Positions 1 to 9,234 of a stretch of DNA of 64,000 nucleotides are shown here, piece after piece (the stretch's first letter is position 1; every line of letters begins with the position of its first letter). The stretch is from an uncultured Ruminococcus sp. (GTDB lineage Bacteria; Bacillota; Clostridia; Oscillospirales; Acutalibacteraceae). The position numbers and the translations under genes are program-made. Location: NCBI GenBank assembly GCA_902773325.1, contig CACYDW010000173.1, positions 11,315 through 75,314 on the forward strand, written 5' to 3'. A model generated the notes under the pieces. It ran no database searches, was not told the DNA's origin, and saw only the letters and a list, made by a program, of their open reading frames with translations.

Positions 1-1
1 G

Positions 2-1015
2 CGCGGCAAGAGCACCCTTGCGGTCAAGGCAGGTACTGTCGTAAAAGAACCGGATCGGCTGATCCGTCAGATTGCATCCGAGCTTGAAAGAACGGGACTC
101 AGAGTAAAAACCGATATAGGCTTCTCGGAATACAGGATCGACATCGGTATTATAGATCCTGATGATCCTGAAAAATACATACTCGGTATTATGCTTGACG
201 GAACAGAGAGCACATCTGCAACGTCAACGGACAGATTCATACTCCAGCCGTCCGTACTCAATGGACTTGGCTGGCGCATTATGCGGCTCTGGACACTGGA
301 ATGGCTCGACGACAAGAAAAAGGTTCTGAAAATGATAACTGACGAAGTCAGTCGCTGCAAACAATCGGATATTTCTCAGGAAGCCTCCTCAGCTCCCGAC
401 CGCCGGAATGAAATTGAAAAGCTGTATGAGCAAAAGGAGGAAAAATATTGTTCTGCCGGTGTTGGATATAAGTCATATCCGCTTTCGGGAATGGGTACTC
501 CCGAGGACTTTGGTTCGGATTCTGCTGACAGAAAAATCCTCACTGCCTTCCGCCGCATTATCGATGCAGAAGCGCCGATAAGCCGGAAAGCACTTTTCCG
601 TAAGGTGATTTCTGCATGGGGTATTACAAGGCTCAGCCCCCGTGTGGAGACCAAGCTAGACAATGCTTTGGCGAAAATGGATCTTAAAATAACCAAAGAT
701 GAGGACAGGGTATTCTATTGGCGCGGTGATCAGCAGCCCGATGAATATAAAGCTTACCGCACAGAAGAGGAAACGGATTCCAAGCGTTCTATGGACGAAA
801 TATCCTCTTATGAAATAGCTAATGCCATCAGAGAGGTTCTTGAGGAACAGGTCAGTTTGACGAGGAAGGATCTGATTCGTGAAACTGCAAAGAAATTCGG
901 ATATCTGCGTCTGGGAGCGGTGATCGAGAACACGATCAGCTATGCTATTGATTCTGCCGGGAAGCATGGGCTTATCAAAGAAGAAAACGGTGACAGATTT
1001 ATACTTGTAAAATGA
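2..1015 (+). CDS. C-terminal fragment of a large helicase-like protein: endonuclease-like module plus DUF3320 tail (5' end outside window)
   Basis: The frame is open from the window edge, in the frame of listed ORF 191..1015. 'YRIDIGIIDPDDPEKYILGIMLDG...GWRIMRLWTLEW' resembles the restriction-endonuclease-like module. 'RKALFRKVISAWGITRLSPRVE...RVFYWRGDQ' resembles the DUF3320 tail of DUF4011/AAA_11/AAA_12 superfamily-I helicase-like proteins. Recognised by eye only. Confidence 0.6.
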   Translation, partial: RGKSTLAVKAGTVVKEPDRLIRQIASELERTGLRVKTDIGFSEYRIDIGIIDPDDPEKYILGIMLDGTESTSATSTDRFILQPSVLNGLGWRIMRLWTLEWLDDKKKVLKMITDEVSRCKQSDISQEASSAPDRRNEIEKLYEQKEEKYCSAGVGYKSYPLSGMGTPEDFGSDSADRKILTAFRRIIDAEAPISRKALFRKVISAWGITRLSPRVETKLDNALAKMDLKITKDEDRVFYWRGDQQPDEYKAYRTEEETDSKRSMDEISSYEIANAIREVLEEQVSLTRKDLIRETAKKFGYLRLGAVIENTISYAIDSAGKHGLIKEENGDRFILVK

Positions 1016-1099
1016 TGACGGTAATAGTATTTTTGGTTTGCGTGAAACTCTGATCGCAATTCTAAAGAAAACCGCACAAAGCCGTTGACAACAAACAGA

Positions 1100-1155
1100 A
1101 GCAGCTCCCTTGCGATGTCAGTGATATGGCATCGCAAGGGAGCTGCTATTTTCTG
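1100..1155. terminator. Rho-independent terminator hairpin between convergent genes
   Basis: A 17-nt perfect inverted repeat, agcagctcccttgcgat / atcgcaagggagctgct, is followed by attttctg. It lies between the stop at 1015 (+) and the stop at 1192 (-). Confidence 0.65.
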
Positions 1156-1191
1156 ATGAAATAATTTCATCAACGGTACTTGATCAAAGCT

Positions 1192-2169
1192 TTACCGGCT
1201 GTCAAAAATCGACAGCTCCAGATCATTATCCCGGAGAAATGTGTCAAGAGCCTCATTCCAACTGTTATATGCCGGGTCATCCTTATGGCTTGAGAGGAGC
1301 TCGGTCTCCTCAAGATACATTCCTAAATACGAGGTTGCCTTTATTGCGCCGAATATGTTAAGATGGTCGCCTTTATCTCTGGTATCGTGCTTCCAGTCGA
1401 TCGGGATTTCCGAACGCAATGTGTTCATATCAATAAAGTCTACACCGATCTCCTCTGCAAACCGCTCGATACTGTTGTGCTTTGACATATTCCAGTTTTT
1501 CGTACTCGGTGTACTCATTAAAACAAGTTTTGCTCCATGATTTGAACAAAATGACTGAATCATCTTGACATACGTTTCATTTGCCGGAGTTATTTCTGCA
1601 TAATTGTTTGAAGGCTTCATATATTTACCGGTCTTTGCGGGAGCAATTTTGTCGCTGTAAATATATCCCTTTCCGGAATGCAGATATGTATAATCTACAG
1701 GAGCTATCACATCGTTGAACGAAATGTTTTTCCAGCGATCGTGGTATTTCAGAGCAGGAAAGAGTATTTCAGTGCTATGGAGGAGTGCGTTATCCATAGT
1801 AAAATACCTGAAAATCATATCCGTTTCAAGAATCACGATCTTCGGCGACTGGTGTTTGAATGTGTCCAGAAGAAATTGTGTGGTATACCAGAGATGCTGT
1901 CCCTTGCTGCTGCAGGAAAAAGAGGTATAACCATATTTTTCCCAAAGCTGAAGAGGAACTATCGAGCTATAGAGTTCACTGTCGCCAAGCAAAAGAACGT
2001 CAACCGTGTTTTCAGGCTCTCCAAGCACACCGTAGGCAATATAATCGTGCTTCCATTGGTTTTTAGTATTGTCTTTCGGACTAAGAATCTGAGATATGCC
2101 GGATAAAATAATCAGGAAGATCATTATAAACAGGATAGCCTTTGCTGTATGGATGTATTTTGACTGCAT
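1192..2169 (-). CDS. Membrane-anchored GDSL/SGNH-family protein (DltD/AlgJ-like position in the operon)
   Basis: It has an N-terminal TM helix (AILFIMIFLIILSGI) and a GDSL block I, 'VDVLLLGDSELYS'. It is the last gene of the operon, 12 nt after the MBOAT gene. Confidence 0.6.
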   Translation of the reverse strand: MQSKYIHTAKAILFIMIFLIILSGISQILSPKDNTKNQWKHDYIAYGVLGEPENTVDVLLLGDSELYSSIVPLQLWEKYGYTSFSCSSKGQHLWYTTQFLLDTFKHQSPKIVILETDMIFRYFTMDNALLHSTEILFPALKYHDRWKNISFNDVIAPVDYTYLHSGKGYIYSDKIAPAKTGKYMKPSNNYAEITPANETYVKMIQSFCSNHGAKLVLMSTPSTKNWNMSKHNSIERFAEEIGVDFIDMNTLRSEIPIDWKHDTRDKGDHLNIFGAIKATSYLGMYLEETELLSSHKDDPAYNSWNEALDTFLRDNDLELSIFDSR

Positions 2170-2181
2170 AGCTGTCCTCCC

Positions 2182-3813
2182 TCAGAATTGTGCATACATC
2201 GGATCTACAGGCAGATACCCGAACCCGTATGCTCCGAAAATAATGATATAAAAAATCAACGCATATAATACGCCCCAGCGAACAACAATATTCTTCTTTG
2301 CGAGTGTTTCACGGATGCTGATACCCTTTTCGTTTATCAGACTGACTATGAAAACGATTATAACCGTTATTCCGACAATAAGAATATCATGTCCATCGAT
2401 TCCAAGCTTATGGAATGTTTGCAGGCTCAGTTCGTTTATAGAGAGGGAAGTAAAAATCCTGCGGAACAGCGATAATCCTGCCATAAATCCATTTGCCCTG
2501 AAGAAAAGCTCTCCGATCACAACAAGAATCGTTGTGCGTATGATCTGCATGAAACGGTACGGTTTTCCGTCTGTATTGATATGCAGTCTTGCATTGAATG
2601 CCGCAGCGGCAGGTGCAGTCATACTCTCCAGAAGAATCAGTGTAAAGTGGTACATTCCGAAAAAAATGAAGCTCCACGCAGCACCGTGCCAGAGACCGTT
2701 GCAGAACCAGACACAGAAAAGTGCAATTCCTCCGGCAACCAGAGGACCAAAATGATTTCCAAGCTTTTTACGTGCCGAAGAGGTCAATTGTTTCATTCTT
2801 TTTGTACTGGTAACGGGATAGAATATATAGTCACGAAACCAGGCACCGAGAGATATGTGCCATCTTTTCCAGAACTCCGAGATAGAACGCGAGAAAAACG
2901 GTCTTTCAAAGTTTTCGGGCATTGTCAATCCGAAGATCTGACCGATACCGGCAACAGCATCCATTACACCTGAAAAATCCATATAAAGCTGAATGGTATA
3001 GCAAACAGCTCCAAGAAGAATGATCACTCCGCCATAGCTGTTTGATTTGTCAAAAATCCCTGTAACAAGCGGGTTGAGTCGGTCTGCAATAACAATTTTT
3101 TTCATCATGCCGTAGAGCATACGCTGAAGTCCGAGAGTGAGATCGTTATACTTGATCGGACCTGCCTGCCAGAGCTGTTCGGCTGTCTGGGAATAACGGC
3201 AGATCGGTCCTTCCACGATCTGCGGAAAAAAGCTCATGAACAAGGCAAGACGAAAAAAGCTTCTGTCACACTTTACAAGTCCATGATACACATCAATAAT
3301 ATATGACACGGCCTGAAGAGTAAAGAAAGAGATTCCGATGGGCATCGCAAATTGGGGAATATCCAACACGACTGTGCTTTTGCTGAGTGAAAGAAGAAGG
3401 TTGATATTTCCTACAAAAAATCCGGAATATTTGACCACAAGTAAGAATCCGATATGCAAAAGTACTCCTAAAAAAACCACGCGCTGCTGACGATGTATAA
3501 ACTTCTGCTTAGCGATCTTACGTTCTTCCTTCGGTAACTCTTTGATATGCTCCTTCATCTGCATTTGGATCCTGTCGATCCAAATGCCAAGAAGAAAAAC
3601 CGACAGGGTCGACAATATCAGATATACGACCAGTGTTCCGCTTACGAACCAGTAAAAAAGATAGCTTGCAAAAAGCAGAAAATACTTTTTCCAGGATTTC
3701 GGAACAATCGAATAAACAAGCAAACAGGCAGGAAAAAACAAGAACAAAAAGGTCATAGAAAAGAAGGATGTCATATCCTTTCCACAGCCTGCAAGCAGAA
3801 AAGTCGGATCCAT
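2182..3813 (-). CDS. MBOAT-family membrane O-acyltransferase (DltB/AlgI-like)
   Basis: It is a polytopic membrane protein. The invariant MBOAT histidine context is present in 'FWKRWHISLGAWFRDYIFYP'. An AGGAGGAA RBS precedes the ATG at 3813. Confidence 0.85.
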   Translation of the reverse strand: MDPTFLLAGCGKDMTSFFSMTFLFLFFPACLLVYSIVPKSWKKYFLLFASYLFYWFVSGTLVVYLILSTLSVFLLGIWIDRIQMQMKEHIKELPKEERKIAKQKFIHRQQRVVFLGVLLHIGFLLVVKYSGFFVGNINLLLSLSKSTVVLDIPQFAMPIGISFFTLQAVSYIIDVYHGLVKCDRSFFRLALFMSFFPQIVEGPICRYSQTAEQLWQAGPIKYNDLTLGLQRMLYGMMKKIVIADRLNPLVTGIFDKSNSYGGVIILLGAVCYTIQLYMDFSGVMDAVAGIGQIFGLTMPENFERPFFSRSISEFWKRWHISLGAWFRDYIFYPVTSTKRMKQLTSSARKKLGNHFGPLVAGGIALFCVWFCNGLWHGAAWSFIFFGMYHFTLILLESMTAPAAAAFNARLHINTDGKPYRFMQIIRTTILVVIGELFFRANGFMAGLSLFRRIFTSLSINELSLQTFHKLGIDGHDILIVGITVIIVFIVSLINEKGISIRETLAKKNIVVRWGVLYALIFYIIIFGAYGFGYLPVDPMYAQF

Positions 3814-3819
3814 CAGATA

Positions 3820-4047
3820 TTATTCCTCCTGCAAACGCTCGATCATTTTCATCATGGCTGCAGCGGAGTTGAAATTTGCAGGAACAATCTCCACAGCGGG
3901 GACAGTGATATCATATTCATCTTCAAGCTCTGCGACCAAGGCGATAATATCAAGAGAAGACAGAAAATGACCGTCTACCAGATCAGTGCAGTTTTCATAG
4001 TCTGTACCCGGGCGAATATCCTCCAGTATTTCGATAAGTCTTTCCAT
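3820..4047 (-). CDS. Acyl/aminoacyl carrier protein (DltC-like, 75 aa)
   Basis: 'MERLIEILEDI...DGHFLSSLDIIALVAELEDEY' carries a phosphopantetheine-type Ser in the LSSLD context. I start it at the ATG at 4047, because the listed 112-aa ORF (to 4158) would overlap the upstream decarboxylase. Confidence 0.75.
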   Translation of the reverse strand: MERLIEILEDIRPGTDYENCTDLVDGHFLSSLDIIALVAELEDEYDITVPAVEIVPANFNSAAAMMKMIERLQEE

Positions 4048-4048
4048 T

Positions 4049-5236
4049 TTAATACATCCTTTCATATTCAGGTTTATTGATCGTACAGGTTTCAAAGGAA
4101 GAACGTACACGATAAAGATCGCCGTTCTCTTTAAGAATATATGCAGCGGGAAGATCACGGCTGAGCAGAAGGGAAATGCCTTCTGTCATGCAGTATGCGC
4201 CTGCTTTTTCAAAGCAAAGCACATCTCCGACATGGATAGGCGGAAGGTTGATTTGTTTGACCATGATGTCATTCATCGTACACAAAGCTCCACAGATCGT
4301 CCATTCTTTTTCAGGACTGATATCTTCTTTTCCAACGACAGAAACAAACGGGTGCTTCATTGCCATATACTGTCCGAAATATGTAATATGGTGCATTCCA
4401 CCGTCTGTAATAGCATAAGCTGTGCCTTTGTTTTCCTTGATATCCACAATATGTGTATAATATCGTCCGCAGGACGCGGCAATGCTCCGACCGGATTCTA
4501 TGATCAGCGAAGCTTTACATTTCATATTTCCGATCATGGCTGAGAATTCCGTGAGAATACTCTGTTCATCCAGTTTTTCTTCCGAAAAATACGAAACCGG
4601 GAATCCGGTTCCATATTCGAGTGCGGGCACAGAATATCCGAAACGCTCCTCAAGGCTGAGAATATATCGGTCAAGATAGGAAAGCTCTCTGGCATATTTC
4701 TTTACAGAAGTCTTTTGAGTACCGGAAAAAAATTGTATTCCGGTGATATCAAGCAGAGGATACTTTTCCCTGTCACGGATCATTCTATCAAGATCCTGTT
4801 CGTCAAGTCCGAACTGACTTCCGTTTGTAAGCCTCGGAAGGATCCGGAGCGGATTCCCGCATTCTCCCGACAATTCGCAAAGCTGCTCGTACTGAAGAAC
4901 AGACTCAACAGTAATAATACCATGAAAGTCCTGATCCGATGCAAGTCTTTTCAGAAATGCAGGGCTTTTGTAAATACCGGAAATGACCATCTTCCGGGTG
5001 TCTATTCCAAGTGAAAAGCATATTTCAGCTTCACCCGGAGAACAGATCTCGAGCCGTTCGACATAGTCTGCGATTTCTCCCGTTATAAGTGGATTCGCCT
5101 TTACTGCATAGCACAGTCCCGTACCTGCGGGCAGATTTTCACGCAAATATGCAGTCCTTTGCTTCAATTGCTCAGCATCAAACAAATAAAAAGCTTTATC
5201 GTTGATGCTGAGCAGATTTTTTGTCAGATCAGTCAA
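4049..5236 (-). CDS. Fold-type-III PLP-dependent decarboxylase (Orn/DAP/Arg decarboxylase family, LysA-like)
   Basis: 'LCYAVKANPLITGEI' is the PLP-lysine motif of the family-2 decarboxylases. 'EICSPGEAEI' and the C-terminal 'ICGALCTMNDI' beta-barrel region are also present. Confidence 0.8.
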   Translation of the reverse strand: MTDLTKNLLSINDKAFYLFDAEQLKQRTAYLRENLPAGTGLCYAVKANPLITGEIADYVERLEICSPGEAEICFSLGIDTRKMVISGIYKSPAFLKRLASDQDFHGIITVESVLQYEQLCELSGECGNPLRILPRLTNGSQFGLDEQDLDRMIRDREKYPLLDITGIQFFSGTQKTSVKKYARELSYLDRYILSLEERFGYSVPALEYGTGFPVSYFSEEKLDEQSILTEFSAMIGNMKCKASLIIESGRSIAASCGRYYTHIVDIKENKGTAYAITDGGMHHITYFGQYMAMKHPFVSVVGKEDISPEKEWTICGALCTMNDIMVKQINLPPIHVGDVLCFEKAGAYCMTEGISLLLSRDLPAAYILKENGDLYRVRSSFETCTINKPEYERMY

Positions 5237-5239
5237 GCT

Positions 5240-6754
5240 TTATTTCCCCCCTATTTGTTTGATTGTTTTCTTACGATCAATCTTTCCGTTCTTATTGAGA
5301 ACCATTGATTCGATCTGCCGGATAGAACCCGGAATCATAAAAAACGGAAGAGTTTCCTGTAAGGTTCTGTGAAGGGTATTTTTATCTATTGTTCCGACAT
5401 AATAACCCTTAAGACGCTGTTTTTTTTCATCAAAGATGCAGATGCATCTCTCTACTCCATCGACAGCGGACATTGCTTTTTCAATTTCCTCAAGCTCCAC
5501 CCGATGACCGAGGTATTTGATCTGATTATCAGCTCTTCCGCAATAAACAAGTTCGCCGTCCGAATTGTAATATCCAAGATCGCCGGTAAGATATACCGTT
5601 TCAGGATAATCTGACTGGAGTGGATTGTTGATAAAGCTTTCCGCAGTCTTTTCGGGACACCCGTAATATCCCAGCGCGAGAGCCGAGCCGCGGACGGTGA
5701 TCATACCGGTTTCGCCGACAGAATCAATTCTCTTGTGCTCACTATCCAGAAGAAAAACATCTTCGTTCGGAAAAGGCTGTCCGATCGGTATCCCATCAGA
5801 ATAGTCCCTGTCTTTGCTGAGAATATGGTAAGTGCAGTTGCAGGTGATTTCTGTCGGTCCGTAAAGATTGACATACATTGCATCGGGAAGATGCTTTTTC
5901 CATTCAGAAAGATGTTTGTAAGGCATGACCTCACCGCTGAAAAGAATCTTTTTGACGGTTTCGGGAGTTTTGTAATCCAGTCCGTGAAAAGTGCTTATAA
6001 GGCACAAAGCGGAAACAGCCCAGATCATGACGGTTATACGACGCTCGCACAGGTAGTCGATCAGCGCAGCGGGTGCCGAAAACAGTGCTCGCGGAACGAT
6101 TACAAGAGTTGCACCTACTGACATCGCGGAATATATATCCTTTACGGAAACGTCAAAATCAAACGGAGCCTGATTTGCAATCACATCGTTTTCCGTAATT
6201 CCGAAAATATCTGTAAAAAAGCCGATAAAATCAATGACGCTTCTGTGTGAAACGGCAATTCCCTTCGGTATGCCGCTTGAACCGGAGGTGAAATTGATGT
6301 AGAGGGGGTCTGTATCGATCATCGTTCTGCGAAGCTTGCAAAGGGAATCCTCATCAGGGATACCATTAAAAATATCCTCCGTCAGAAGAATACATGTCCC
6401 CGGGAAGAGTGCCGCTGCTTTTTCGGAGAGGCTTTTTTCAGTAATAATATACTGTGTCCGGAGAACAGACTGTATCTGACAAAGACGATTATCAGGAAGC
6501 CCGACATTCAGCATACAATAACAGCATCCGGCATATACCGCTCCGAAAAAAGCACAGAGTGCATCCATGCCTTTTTCCATAAACACTCCTACAGTTGTTT
6601 TCTCAGCACCGCTTTTCAGAAGCGACGTTCCCGCAGCTTTGCTTCGCAGAAGCAGTTCCGCAAACGACAAGGATTTTTCACCTTCGGAAACAGCAGCTTT
6701 TTCAGGGAATTTTTTTGCACTATTTTCTATAAGCTCCAATACATTTATTCTCAT
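5240..6754 (-). CDS. Stand-alone amino-acid adenylation enzyme (DltA-like, AMP-binding superfamily)
   Basis: The core motifs are 'FTSGSSGIPKGIAVSH', 'YGPTE', 'YLTGDLGYY' and 'GRADNQIKYLGHRVELEEIE'. 'APFDFDVSV' retains the Asp typical of alpha-amino-acid-activating A domains. At 504 aa it has no condensation or thiolation domains. Confidence 0.85.
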   Translation of the reverse strand: MRINVLELIENSAKKFPEKAAVSEGEKSLSFAELLLRSKAAGTSLLKSGAEKTTVGVFMEKGMDALCAFFGAVYAGCCYCMLNVGLPDNRLCQIQSVLRTQYIITEKSLSEKAAALFPGTCILLTEDIFNGIPDEDSLCKLRRTMIDTDPLYINFTSGSSGIPKGIAVSHRSVIDFIGFFTDIFGITENDVIANQAPFDFDVSVKDIYSAMSVGATLVIVPRALFSAPAALIDYLCERRITVMIWAVSALCLISTFHGLDYKTPETVKKILFSGEVMPYKHLSEWKKHLPDAMYVNLYGPTEITCNCTYHILSKDRDYSDGIPIGQPFPNEDVFLLDSEHKRIDSVGETGMITVRGSALALGYYGCPEKTAESFINNPLQSDYPETVYLTGDLGYYNSDGELVYCGRADNQIKYLGHRVELEEIEKAMSAVDGVERCICIFDEKKQRLKGYYVGTIDKNTLHRTLQETLPFFMIPGSIRQIESMVLNKNGKIDRKKTIKQIGGK

Positions 6755-7121
6755 GTCTGTCCCTTATTCACTCCTTTTATTTATTATTATATCATCTATT
6801 ATAGATCTTCCTCCAGAATTCTACACTTATTTTGAATGATAGTCAAGTATAATTAACGCTTTTTTCAATGCAAACGTATGAAAATCAATCAGGAAATGTT
6901 ATAAATATACGATACTGCAATGTATAAACAATCATGGAATCTATCGTGTTTTGCGGATCAATCATCTGAGCTGTGTCGATAAACAATTCCGACATGATTT
7001 TCGGTTTTCAAGCAGTATAATCAGGTTGAAATCATAACCCCCGTTCAGCAGCCGGAAAAGCAGCTAATAGAACGGCATTTTGGAGATTATCAAACAGAAC
7101 TGATGAAACAGGAGGTATTCT

Positions 7122-8027
7122 ATGCTTGACAGTATTATTCTCAGGAGCAAGGCAGACAGAAAAACACGCGAGATCCTGATCGGCAGTCTGCTCACAGATT
7201 ACGGCTTTCTTACCCGCGATACAATTGGAGAGAGCCGCTGTGCAAGGCCCATCGACCTGCTCAGTGTCGGCAGCCGCAGAAAGCAGGTATTGCTGACAGC
7301 AGGCTATCACGGTATGGAATGGATCACAACATTATTGTTGTTAAGATTTATGGACGATGTGTGTCATTCTATACTGACAGGAGAAACCATGTGCGGTGTG
7401 AAGCTTGCGCCGCTCCTTAATCAGCGGGGACTTGCACTGATACCGTGCGTCAATCCCGACGGGGTCGAGATACAAATCAACGGTGCCGGTACTGCGGGAG
7501 CATACGAAGCACTTGTAACAGATGCGAGCGGAGGCGATACATCCCATTGGCAGGCAAATGCCTGTGGAGTAGACATCAATCATAATTTTGCTGCCTGTTG
7601 GAACGAACTGAAAGCTATGGAGCTTTCCAATGGCATCAAAGCGCCGGCTCCCACCCGATACGGAGGCGAATATCCCGAAAGTGAACCGGAGAGCCGTTCG
7701 GTTGCATCGTATTGCCGTACCGGAAATATCACACACGCACTTGCATTTCATAGTCAGGGGGAGGAAATCTATTGGGATTTCGGCGAATACCGCGCAGAGG
7801 AATCCAGACAAATGGCACTTTCTATGTCACAATCCAGCGGATATACCGTCAGTGAACCGACAGGGCTTGCTGTTGGGGGTGGCTTTAAGGATTGGTTTGT
7901 CAGTAAGTTCGGACGCCCGGCTTTTACGATCGAGGTAGGGAAGGGCACAAACCCGCTTCCAATGAAGGACTTTGACGGTATATATGATAAAATCAAGGAA
8001 ATGCTTGTGCTTTCTCTGGTACTGTAA
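7122..8027 (+). CDS. M14-family zinc peptidase, gamma-D-glutamyl-(L)-meso-diaminopimelate peptidase-like
   Basis: 'GYHGMEWIT' supplies the HxxE zinc ligands. 'NPDGVEI', 'DINHNF', 'FHSQGEEIYW' and 'AFTIEVGKG' are also present. An AGGAGG RBS sits 7 nt upstream. Confidence 0.8.
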   Translation: MLDSIILRSKADRKTREILIGSLLTDYGFLTRDTIGESRCARPIDLLSVGSRRKQVLLTAGYHGMEWITTLLLLRFMDDVCHSILTGETMCGVKLAPLLNQRGLALIPCVNPDGVEIQINGAGTAGAYEALVTDASGGDTSHWQANACGVDINHNFAACWNELKAMELSNGIKAPAPTRYGGEYPESEPESRSVASYCRTGNITHALAFHSQGEEIYWDFGEYRAEESRQMALSMSQSSGYTVSEPTGLAVGGGFKDWFVSKFGRPAFTIEVGKGTNPLPMKDFDGIYDKIKEMLVLSLVL

Positions 8028-8052
8028 ATTTCAGTAGCTCTCTCTTGTATGC

Positions 8053-8081
8053 TTGTAAAATGGTTTGACTTGTGGTATAGT
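8053..8081 (+). promoter_or_regulatory. SigA-type promoter candidate
   Basis: TTGTAA, then 17 nt, then TATAGT, with a TG extended -10. It lies upstream of the lipoprotein and met genes. Confidence 0.4.
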
Positions 8082-8111
8082 AATATAAAACATTATGCAA
8101 GGAGAATCAGT

Positions 8112-8609
8112 ATGATAAGGAAAAATAATGTCACGTTTTTAACGTTGCTTCTGGTTGCCCTGATGCTTGGCATCTTTGCAGGCGGTTGTAATATGGAACA
8201 TCAGAAGCAAAATGAAGAGTATGTTGCATCAGTAAAGCAGCTCGTGAATGATGCTGTCACATATACAAGAGCCATGCGGGAACAGGCGGACGCTTTTGAT
8301 TGTCAGAATACAGCCTCCGGCAAGGATTACATCGAAGTGCTTACTTCGATTGAGGATATCTGCTCAAAGCTGCTTGCACTGGATACACCGGAATACTTTG
8401 CGGAGTCGGGAGGCTCACTTCATGCTGCTGCACAGGATTCGCTTGATGCCGTATCCGAAATAAAAGGTCTTGCCGTATATGCACTTGATAACAAGGATGA
8501 TACACTGTATCGGCGCAGCGTACAGGAGCTTACCGAACGTTATCAGACAGGTTATGAGAGCGTGGTCAATTGTTCTTCTTTGATTCAGACGGACTGGCGT
8601 AATGCGTGA
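8112..8609 (+). CDS. Putative lipoprotein, unknown function
   Basis: The signal peptide plus lipobox is 'LLLVALMLGIFAGGC'. An AGGAGA RBS precedes the ATG at 8112, so the listed start at 8049 is probably too early. Confidence 0.55.
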   Translation: MIRKNNVTFLTLLLVALMLGIFAGGCNMEHQKQNEEYVASVKQLVNDAVTYTRAMREQADAFDCQNTASGKDYIEVLTSIEDICSKLLALDTPEYFAESGGSLHAAAQDSLDAVSEIKGLAVYALDNKDDTLYRRSVQELTERYQTGYESVVNCSSLIQTDWRNA

Positions 8610-8637
8610 AGAAATGCAGCAAGAAGGTGATACCGTT

Positions 8638-9234
8638 ATGAACAGCGGTGATATCAGAATCATCGAGGCGACCTATGACGAGGTCGCTGTCAATCCCTGT
8701 GAGCTTGCTCTCAGGCTTCATACCGAAAGAGGATATGTTGATGAACATATCCTCAGGTGTATGGATATGCTCCGCAGAACAGCACATTATAAATGTGTAT
8801 ATATCCGTACAGATGTTGATTTATCCCGAAACGGTCAATGTGACTTCGGATTCATGAATATTCACAGTAAACATCTTTATACGAATCTGAATCAGTGCCG
8901 ACAGGCTTTTGTGATGGCACTGACGATCGGAAGAGATGTAGACCGGCTGCTTCAACGATTGAATATCACTTCTCAGGCGGATCATTTTATTGCAGACGGT
9001 ATTGCTTCTGCCGCTATAGAGTCCTTTTGCGATTATGCATCGGATATCATGAAGGCAGATCTCAATTGTGCACCGCGGTTCAGTCCGGGGTATGGAGATG
9101 TATCAATTGAATATCAGAAGCCGCTTCTGGAACGGCTTCATGCAGCCAGACTGCTGGGGATTACGCTTAATCAGGCGTATTTTATGACACCGTCAAAATC
9201 TATTACAGCTATAATGGGGATTCAAAATGAATAA
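8638..9234 (+). CDS. Methionine synthase reactivation (AdoMet-binding) domain protein, stand-alone
   Basis: 'APRFSPGYGDVSIEYQKPLLERL...ITLNQAYFMTPSKSITAIMGI' matches the Met_synt_B12 activation domain. The start at 8638 has a GAAGGTGA RBS; 8602 is an alternative. Confidence 0.75.
   Translation: MNSGDIRIIEATYDEVAVNPCELALRLHTERGYVDEHILRCMDMLRRTAHYKCVYIRTDVDLSRNGQCDFGFMNIHSKHLYTNLNQCRQAFVMALTIGRDVDRLLQRLNITSQADHFIADGIASAAIESFCDYASDIMKADLNCAPRFSPGYGDVSIEYQKPLLERLHAARLLGITLNQAYFMTPSKSITAIMGIQNE

Noticed and set aside
3820-4158. The 112-aa version of the carrier-protein ORF
   Set aside because: Its first 37 codons overlap the 3' end of the decarboxylase gene. The internal ATG at 4047 gives a normal 75-aa carrier protein, starting 1 nt after the upstream stop.
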